From: Candidatus Obscuribacteraceae bacterium
GTDB lineage: Bacteria; Cyanobacteriota; Vampirovibrionia; Obscuribacterales; Obscuribacteraceae
NCBI GenBank assembly: GCA_044229845.1
Contig: JBGASG010000006.1
Location: 64,001-128,000, forward strand
Length of the DNA stretch: 64,000 nt
Direction of reading: 5' to 3'
A model generated the notes under the pieces. That model was given only the letters and a program-made list of their open reading frames with translations. It made no database searches and had not been told where the DNA came from. Position numbers and translations under genes: made by a program. Below are positions 20,451 to 27,684 of the stretch, piece by piece (within the stretch, counting starts at the first letter, position 1; every line of letters starts with the position of its first letter).

Positions 20451-20600
20451 TCGCGCGCCAAGACGCCATGCCCTCATGCCCGAATAGCGGCGGACCGGGT
20501 TCCTCCAGTCAAGGCTGGCTCCGAAGGAGACACCGCGAAGCGGTTTAGCCTTGACGGGAGGGGGCCGCCGCTTGGCTTTTGCCGGGCATGGCGCAGGCGC
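20451..20600 (-). promoter_or_regulatory. Conserved hairpin upstream of integrase, copy 2
   Basis: AGCGGCGG..GTCAAGGCT..AGCCTTGAC..CCGCCGCT; homologous to 5551-5700. Confidence 0.6.
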
Positions 20601-21223
20601 GCGCAGCTATCGCCATGGACCGCCGGATCGATGCCGGAGGCAAGATGCGAATGCTGGGCAAGTTCGACTGCTATGCGGCGACCAGGCTCTTCAAAGGACG
20701 GCAGGTCGTTTCGTGGGGCAGGCTGCTCTCAGCGGGGCAGGCGAGTGCTGTTGAATTTTTAGGCGAGTTCCTGAAAGAGGAACGTTGTTGTTGATTCACC
20801 GGAGGCGGTTTCGTCAACCCTCTGGTGAGCGGCGGCGCAAGTTAATCGCGCATTGATCTAGGTGCGTGCTACTGCTTGCACGAATTCATCATACCGAGTG
20901 CCGCAGTCCTGCGGATATCGGGATAACCCTATCGACGCCGACGCGAGAAGCACTGCATATGGTGCGAGGATAGGGGAGCGTATCGGCAAGCCAAAAATTG
21001 AATCAGAAAACGTCAGCAAGTGTGGGTTGAACAAAGAGGATGCAGTAGTCATCCATCCAGGAAGCTGGTACTGTGTCAAACGAAGACCGCTTTCAGGCGC
21101 CGACCTGACGTTCTTGTTGCGAAAAGTGCCTCGTGAATACGGCGCAGATTGAGCACGACAGAGAGAGGCGGAGCGATACCACGGTGGTGACGGAAAGGCT
21201 TGAGAAGAATGACTGAAACGCAA

Positions 21224-21361
21224 CAGCGATGGGCGACTGCCGCTCAGCGCTCGCCTGGAGCCAGTTTTGGGTGCCTGGCATTATGTGGGGTACTTTCTGA
21301 AATCGTGGCAAGGCACCGCCCGTGGTGCGTACGCCGAAATGAAATCATCGCTTTATCCTGC
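21224..21361 (+). promoter_or_regulatory. oriT-like module with nic motif TATCCTG^C at 21354-21361
   Basis: About 140 bp shared with 26795-26931; palindrome at 21313-21328. Confidence 0.55.
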
Positions 21362-21804
21362 TGCTGCTCGCTAAAGCTCACAGGATTTGAAAACATGAAC
21401 GACGAACATTATACTCGTACATCGCCCCGTCGTCTGGGGCTCGCGAAGCGATCTAAAGGCACGTGTTGCCGCTGGTGGTTCGACGCCAGGCTCGATTCGC
21501 CAGCATTGCAAGCCTGCACCACCGCCGGAAGGTGGCGACCTGTTTTTGCGTTCTGATTTGCCGTCCCCGCACCGAAAGGAGTTGTGCCCGATCAACCATT
21601 TGCGCTCTAGTGATGATGGTGCCGCCGACAACAACTGCAAAGAAATTGCACTCAGCACAACAGCGACCTAAACGGCTCTGCAGCCAGGTGTCATCATGCC
21701 TTAAACTTGACCTACGGCGCGCAGCGAGCGGGGAAGATATTCGTCATATCAGGTGCTTACGTCGACGCCTATTCCATTCCCAATGCATGATCGCCCATCG
21801 CAGA

Positions 21805-22131
21805 CTAATCCTTCGAGGGAATCCAGATACGTTTTGGTCCCCCATGAGCCCAGCCGGTAAAGGAGCCGGGCGCGCCTTGTAGGAATTGCTCCCGATTCAT
21901 TGTTCCCTTCGCTAGCCCCCTGTACGGACGTACCGCTGATGCAGTCTCCTTACGTCCACTCTTTAGGTGTTTCAATTGGCTGGCAGCAATCTGGAGCGAG
22001 TCGTTGGTGGATTCCACAACAGGTCCCAATGTGCCATCGGATCGGTCGTCTTTCTTTATTTGCGCCAACACCGCTGACATGGACAATCCAAAGAGTAGTG
22101 CGGTGGACAGAACTATTCTAGCTATATACAT
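21805..22131 (-). CDS. Putative exported immunity/partner protein
   Basis: Starts 17 bp after the Rhs tip; signal-peptide-like N-terminus MYIARIVLSTALLFGLSMSAVLA. Confidence 0.55.
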   Translation of the reverse strand: MYIARIVLSTALLFGLSMSAVLAQIKKDDRSDGTLGPVVESTNDSLQIAASQLKHLKSGRKETASAVRPYRGLAKGTMNREQFLQGAPGSFTGWAHGGPKRIWIPSKD

Positions 22132-22148
22132 GGGTTACTCTCGGTTAA

Positions 22149-23123
22149 CTAGGTTTCTGATCTATTGATTAACAGGTCCAGTATCCAGTTTGGCGGATCT
22201 GGATGCCCTCCATCATCTGGATGGTTCGTCCAATACTCCACCCATTCTATCGCGCGAATCGCGTTTCCGGATTCGGGCAAAAGATCCGGACGATACTCAG
22301 GGATCTGCGCAGAGGGGAGATCTTCTGGAATGTCTGCAGGAGGTTCTCCCTGATGTTGCGATGAATCTGGATACTCTGATTCTAGGTCCCAAAATCCACG
22401 ATTATCTGTCGAATGGAACGGTCGATCAGCGCTCTCGCTCCAGCTGTCAGCTTTACGATCGTCTCCTTGCTGTTCCATCGTCTCTCCTGTGAATGGGTCA
22501 GATATCTGTGCCAAGATTCGAATATTGCGTGTCCCGGAACCAAACTGACCAAGATCGGGATCAGGTCTGTCTGAGTCCTTTCTCGGACAAGGCCACCACA
22601 TGAAATAGGTCCCCGATGGGTCGACAAAGCTAACCGGATTACTGCGTGAATATGTGAATAGGTTCAGACCACCCCGTTCTGCGATGGGATCACGGTTGAT
22701 AAACCTCCCCAGTCCAGGGCTGTACGCCCGTGCAACTGTAAGATTTAAACCGCTTCTGCCGTGCGCGTAGTAGCCAGCAAATTGAAAATCGCTGTCCTGT
22801 CCGCCCTCAAGTCTATTGGCCCGTCCGAATGGATCAAAGCTGTAAGCTGCCTGAGCATCGCCGTTATTGTCGGTCATGGTTCGTACGGAGCCGAGGTGGT
22901 CTTTTGCGTAGAAATAGTTCATGCCGCTGTTGATTTGTCCTCGTGAGAAGAACTGCTTCGATTGGCTTCCACTGCCATCGCGCTCCTCGCAGCGGTTGTT
23001 TGAGCACCATATGTGCTGCTTCGTGCTGGTCATGGTGCTCGCCACGGTCTCCACAATCTTGACCATTCTTCCGAATGGGTCATATGTGAAAGCCGAATTG
23101 TTTCCCGAACTGGGATAAGTAAT
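22149..23123 (-). CDS. Orphan Rhs core plus acidic C-terminal tip cassette
   Basis: Rhs homology starts exactly at the core (ITYPSSGNNSAFTYDPFGR). Contains KDHLGSVR, GRFINRDPI and DPSG. Confidence 0.85.
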   Translation of the reverse strand: MTYPSSGNNSAFTYDPFGRMVKIVETVASTMTSTKQHIWCSNNRCEERDGSGSQSKQFFSRGQINSGMNYFYAKDHLGSVRTMTDNNGDAQAAYSFDPFGRANRLEGGQDSDFQFAGYYAHGRSGLNLTVARAYSPGLGRFINRDPIAERGGLNLFTYSRSNPVSFVDPSGTYFMWWPCPRKDSDRPDPDLGQFGSGTRNIRILAQISDPFTGETMEQQGDDRKADSWSESADRPFHSTDNRGFWDLESEYPDSSQHQGEPPADIPEDLPSAQIPEYRPDLLPESGNAIRAIEWVEYWTNHPDDGGHPDPPNWILDLLINRSET

Positions 23124-23264
23124 CTTTTTGGATCGGTGTGCACCGCGCGTGGTGCTTGTACGACACAGGTGCCGAATTTTGAAATTGCGTTGTAAATAGC
23201 TTTCCGACGACTGTCGCTGCATTGTCGACAACAAAGAAAAATACGCGGTGCTGAAATACGGCTT

Positions 23265-24491
23265 TTACTGCGCTTTCTCGGGGTGTGGTGAACTTTCAGA
23301 AGCTTCTTGGGACACTCTCGCCTTACACAGGGTTAGAAGCTCGTTGGTGGCTCGCAGTCTCTCCACATCTACTACAACATAACCGAAGGTGGTGTCATTC
23401 TTGCCGGAATGGTTCGCCAGCTTTTTCAGAACGACATAAGAAAGCGCAAGTCTTTCTGCTACCGTGAGGAAAGTTCGCCTGAGATCGTGAGGCGTGAACG
23501 GACAACCGATCTTTTCCGCGAATGCATCTATCGCGCAATCTGAGCTTACCATGTGGACTTTTTTGCCACGTCCAGGAAACACATATTCGGCGTCTCCGCG
23601 CCCTTCGTATCGTCGCTTCAGCAGCTCTTCCAAGAAGTCACTCAATGGAAGTCGATGCTCTTTTCCGTTCTTTGCGATCTCTGATCTAACGGTGAGGACT
23701 TTGGCGTCAAAGTCAACGTCTTCCCAGCGCAAGGTGGCAGCTTCGTTGCGGCGCAATCCGGTGAACAACAGAAGCAGAAGATAGTCCGTCACTGCTTGAC
23801 GCTTCAGCAGCATGACCTCTCGAAACCACTCGGGCAGCTTGTGGTCTGGAATTATTGTCTGCCGCCTGCGCTCTGGATACCAGCGGCGATTCTGCGACAG
23901 ACGCTTGACGGGGTTATATATAATGATGGGTTTTTCGTCTATCTCGTGGTTTGCGGCGGCGAAGTTGAGCAGCGCTCCGAGCATGTGCATCACGGTGTTC
24001 GCTTGTGCCTCTCCTGACGTTCCTTGCCTGGTGGTCCTGCGCAATTCGGCATGGCGTTGCTCGACCATGTCCCGCGTGATTGAAACCACCGGCAAGTCGA
24101 GCCAGTCTTCCAGGCAGCGCACGACCATATAGCGGTAAACCCGCACGGTGTTCGGCTTGAGATTCCGGACTGAGAGAAACTGTTCCAGAATTTCGTGCAA
24201 CGTCACTCCGGTGATCTTTTTCTTCGCCTTCTCCACCATCGGATCTTTACCGGCGGCCATCATGGCTTGCAGTTTGCGCGCCTTTTTCCGCGCCGTGGTT
24301 GGAGTCAGGGGTCCACTTTTGCCCAGGGTGATTCTTCTGGCGACTCCGTTGACCCGAGCTTCAACGACGTACGTCTTGCTTCCGGGCGTCACCCGTAACG
24401 CGAGCCCGACAAGCACCGTGTCCCGATAGATTTTCTGGCCTCGCTCCGGAGGCTCCACTTCATTCACAAACTTTTGGGTCAATTTGGGCAT
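23265..24491 (-). CDS. Tyrosine integrase, paralog 3
   Basis: Full catalytic set. A short in-frame gap follows the Tyr (ERLRATNE vs ERLREPMQRITNE). Confidence 0.95.
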   Translation of the reverse strand: MPKLTQKFVNEVEPPERGQKIYRDTVLVGLALRVTPGSKTYVVEARVNGVARRITLGKSGPLTPTTARKKARKLQAMMAAGKDPMVEKAKKKITGVTLHEILEQFLSVRNLKPNTVRVYRYMVVRCLEDWLDLPVVSITRDMVEQRHAELRRTTRQGTSGEAQANTVMHMLGALLNFAAANHEIDEKPIIIYNPVKRLSQNRRWYPERRRQTIIPDHKLPEWFREVMLLKRQAVTDYLLLLLFTGLRRNEAATLRWEDVDFDAKVLTVRSEIAKNGKEHRLPLSDFLEELLKRRYEGRGDAEYVFPGRGKKVHMVSSDCAIDAFAEKIGCPFTPHDLRRTFLTVAERLALSYVVLKKLANHSGKNDTTFGYVVVDVERLRATNELLTLCKARVSQEASESSPHPEKAQ

Positions 24492-24624
24492 TTCGTCGCC
24501 TTTGATTTTGGGGTGGTATGTAAAGTTGTGTCGTCACTATGTCGACGACTTGAGAAAAAGTTGCTTCCGCTATGGCTGATTGGATGGGGCTTTCCGACGT
24601 TTACTGCTTTTTGATTTCAAAAAT

Positions 24625-24761
24625 CCGCGCCAAGTCGCCATGCCCCCATGCGGAATAGCGGCGGACCGGGTTCCTGCTGTCAAGGCTGGCTCCGAAGGAG
24701 ACACCCCGCAGGGGTTTAGCCTTGACAGTAGGGGTCCGCTGCTCGGCTTCAGCCGGCATGG
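24625..24761 (-). promoter_or_regulatory. Conserved hairpin upstream of integrase, copy 3, with IS110 inserted at its outer edge
   Basis: CTGTCAAGGCT..AGCCTTGACAG and GCGGCGGAC..GTCCGCTGC. Confidence 0.6.
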
Positions 24762-24880
24762 AGATTTCCCGTCAAATGTCAATCTGGTGAACGCGCGCAA
24801 ACAAGTTCGCCAGTTGCGAAGCAACTGGCACCGTATTCAGTGCACTTCGATGTCGAACTAAGACGCTTTGAAGTGTGGGT

Positions 24881-25762
24881 TTACGTGGTTTCGTGCTTTC
24901 CTTGCGCAAGAAGGCGTTCAGAGAATTCTCTGATCTGGGGATTGTGTACTCGCGCGGCGCGTGCCGGCATGAATAAAGCTCCCCTAACTGCCGCACTTCC
25001 TCGTTTAGAAATACGATCCTTTTCTCTCACTGATATTCCTGATGCGTGTTTTCGGCTGGTCAATCCGAGAAAGCATGCTAAAGACCGACTTGAACGAAAG
25101 CGCCGGAAATCAATAAGCGTGAGTAGGGTGACCGCTGATCTGTCAGCTATTCCAGGGATCGTGCACAAGAGCGTGAAATCGTTGCTCAGAACAGGGTGTT
25201 GACCGATTAGCTCTTTGGCCCGCCCCAGGGTTTGCTCTAAATTAGACTCCGCCATCGCCAACTCGGCTTCGAGCTGCTGTTTCACAAACTTGGAGCGGAG
25301 TCCACATGCAAGCTGGCATCGGATTGCCACAGTTCGCTTTGTCAGCGAACGAATCAATACTACCGTGTCTCTCAGCTCCCACTCTAAGTTCGTCTTTGGC
25401 TGCCACTGAGGAAGTTTGTCAGAACGCTCTTTGCAGTATTCTGCGAGCAGGTACGCTGCCTTCCGATCAGAACGAATGCGAATCTCGTGTGATTCAGCGT
25501 ACTTCGAAAACTTGAGCGGCTGCGCCAAAAAGACGCGCGTCTTGCGTTTATGAAAATACTCAGCAACGATTTCACCGTATCGCCCGGTCGGTTCGATGAC
25601 TAAGTCGATACTCTGAATGCCGTTCTCTTCAAGCCATTTGACACAGGCTCGAAGTCCATGAGCATTTCGCGCAAAGCGCTCGGAAAGTGCTTTACCATTT
25701 GGTGGTAGAACGCAAATGTCAAACCATGGTTCGGATATATCCGCACCAGCTGGAACCTTCAT
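24881..25762 (-). pseudogene. IS110 recombinase/transposase, C-terminus disrupted
   Basis: GADIS, IEPTGRY, RSDRKAA (the fourth acidic residue reads Ala), TIPGIA, LGL..SG.S, ISKRG. Stops right after GKH, without the usual A.xRK.L helix. Confidence 0.8.
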
Positions 25763-25784
25763 AGAACCTCTTTCTATTGTAGTG

Positions 25785-25955
25785 TGCGGATCGAAGCAGC
25801 GGCCTTATCCGAAGCTCTTATACGGTTTCACGAACGTGACCAAAGATTTCCCTCGGGTTAGACTATTGCTGCGGTGAGAGGAGAGTCGCAAATCTCCATA
25901 TGACAGGTTTTGCACTGGGCGCAGGCTCGGTTTACTCTCCTCTCTCCGATCTCTC
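25785..25955 (-). ncRNA. Putative IS110 bridge RNA with target-binding and donor-binding loops
   Basis: Two stem-loops whose loops contain GCCTGCGC, ATGGAG, GGGAAATCT and TATAAGAG, matching the four junction halves. TTGACA lies upstream at 25988-25983. Ends are approximate. Confidence 0.75.
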
Positions 25956-26163
25956 AATAATTACCTAACCACATATCAAAGCTGTCAAGTTCAATATAAG
26001 AGCGCAGGCGCGCTACCATCGGGATGGATTTTTGGCGGATGGATTTCCAGCGGCGTGATGTGGAACCGCGGAACGTCAGGCTCCTTGCCGGATTTGAGCC
26101 ATTCGAATCGCCCATGCGCAACGTTGAGTGCGCGGTACGCTTTCGGTGGCCTTCTCGGGCTTG

Positions 26164-26559
26164 CTATTCCTGGTCCAGATGCTCCTGGTCATCTTTGAGA
26201 TGGCTGGAGGTCTTTTGTTGCAGAAATTGCCTCGCGAAGCTTTGCGCCAATTGCTTCAGTGCTATTTGGTCCTTCTCATCAACCTCGTACAGAGCGAGCT
26301 GCTCGGTGAAGAACCAGACCATCGAGATGGCTTTGCTCAGTTTGATCATCCAGCCAGCAAATCGGTCTTCCATTCGCCGCAGACGCTTCTCTACGTAGGC
26401 GAATTGGGAGTTGGTGGCTGCCTCGGCCCGGGCGACAATTCCGTCGCGGACCAATTCACGCACCATCTCGGCGGGGGTGAGCCTGTTCGCTTTCGCCAGT
26501 CGGGTGACTTCTTCTGCCATCTCCTTTGGGAAGCGAACACAGAATTGGGGTAAACGCAT
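26164..26559 (-). CDS. Ribbon-helix-helix protein (MobC/CopG-like relaxosome accessory candidate)
   Basis: QFCVRFPKEMAEEVTRLAKANRLTPAEMVRELVRDG fits a beta-helix-helix pattern; lies next to the oriT-like site. Confidence 0.7.
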   Translation of the reverse strand: MRLPQFCVRFPKEMAEEVTRLAKANRLTPAEMVRELVRDGIVARAEAATNSQFAYVEKRLRRMEDRFAGWMIKLSKAISMVWFFTEQLALYEVDEKDQIALKQLAQSFARQFLQQKTSSHLKDDQEHLDQE

Positions 26560-26794
26560 TCATACCTCAGAACACGCGCGCGTTGCGCTTGGACATTGAT
26601 GCAAGCAAGGCGCTTGCGGGGCTCCTCAATGAGAGCGAGGAGAAATGACGAGTTAACTCATCAGTTTCCGTTGACGCGAGAAAAGGCGGTTGGTTCCCAG
26701 AATGCCACCACATATAGTGTCGGATGGGCATCGCTATCGAGGTGTAGGCAGGGACAGGAAGAAAAAGGCGGAGTAACGGTTCCTCAAACGCACC

Positions 26795-26931
26795 AGCGAT
26801 GGGCGACTGCCGTTCACCGCACTCCTGGAGCCAGTTGAGGGTACCCGGCATTATGTGGGGTACTTTCTGGAACCATGGCAGGGCACCACTCGTGGTGCAC
26901 GCGCCAAAATGAAATCATCGCTTTATCCTGC
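26795..26931 (+). promoter_or_regulatory. oriT-like module with nic motif TATCCTG^C at 26924-26931
   Basis: Perfect palindrome GCACCAC-TC-GTGGTGC at 26883-26898, followed by GAAATCATCGCTTTATCCTGC. Confidence 0.55.
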
Positions 26932-27240
26932 GTTCCGGTCCGAACTACTGAGGTGCGATAAAATTCAAAGCCAAGAGTCTGCAATGTTGTTGCAGCGGAT
27001 TCTGAGTTGGTCGCTTTGCCGCAGGCGCAGACTCAGTCGAACTCACGGCACTGCGTGATCGGCTGAAGTAAGGAAATCCTTCGTATTGATTCACTGCGAG
27101 CGCGGCGTGTGGTCATTTGGGATCTGTCGCTCTCCTCCATAACAAAACGTCCCCTACAAAGTCCGCGACGAACGCACACTGCGTTGCGTGCAGGCGCGAT
27201 AGTAGCGTCGGGTGATTCACAGGGTGCAGGCTAAGGCACC

Positions 27241-27678
27241 CTATCTGCGTCCCAACAGCCGCATCATAGTCGAACGAATGACAGAGGCATCGACGCCACC
27301 AAGCGAACTTTGATTTGGATCCCAGTTTGTCAATGCCAGCAGCAAGTGTTCGGGACCAATAACCCTCATGCCCAGTTTGCTGGCTTCGACGTAACTAGCA
27401 CGAATCAAACTGAGCAGCCGAACGGGTCTGCCCATGCTCTGCCCAACGCTGTCTTCCGCGTAGATTTGCTCTGAGGAGATGCGCAAGAGGCTCAATACTT
27501 TTGCTGCAGTGCATGTGCCTTCCTTAGATATTCCGCCCATGATATCGCGCAATTGAGCATTCGGAGTTGCTGCATGTTCAAAAGCAAGTTTCAAAACGGT
27601 TCGAGCTTTTGGCGTAAGTCGAATCGGGCTCGCCTTTACTGATTCTTCTTGCATAGTGGCTCGTTGGGATAGCCCCAC
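27241..27678 (-). CDS. Clp N-terminal (Clp repeat) domain protein in the immunity position
   Basis: RLTPKARTVLKLAFEHA and EASKLG..IGPEHLLLAL. Starts 6 bp after the rhs stop. Confidence 0.7.
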   Translation of the reverse strand: MGLSQRATMQEESVKASPIRLTPKARTVLKLAFEHAATPNAQLRDIMGGISKEGTCTAAKVLSLLRISSEQIYAEDSVGQSMGRPVRLLSLIRASYVEASKLGMRVIGPEHLLLALTNWDPNQSSLGGVDASVIRSTMMRLLGRR

Positions 27679-27684
27679 TCCTCT

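Larger units (their letters stand above)
18995..23125 (-). mobile_element. Putative rhs-targeting integrative element B
   Basis: Direct repeats GATAAGTAATCT at 18995-19006 and 23114-23125 enclose Rhs-CT, partner gene, oriT-like site, hairpin and int. Confidence 0.75.
24762..26002 (-). mobile_element. IS110-family (bridge recombinase) element with CT core at both junctions
   Basis: Minus-strand junctions are GCCTGCG-CT-CTTATA and GGGAAAT-CT-CCATG. The reconstituted target GCCTGCGCTCCATG resembles the empty site at 5553. Confidence 0.85.

Noticed and set aside
20600..21223. Short ORFs between hairpin and oriT in element B
   Set aside because: No motifs and no similarity to the RHH gene; left uncalled.
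23126..23234. N-terminal extension of ORF 22149..23234
   Set aside because: Chance open frame across the att arm; rhs homology starts only at the core.
5832..24491. Prophage
   Set aside because: No capsid, terminase, tail or replication genes accompany the integrases.
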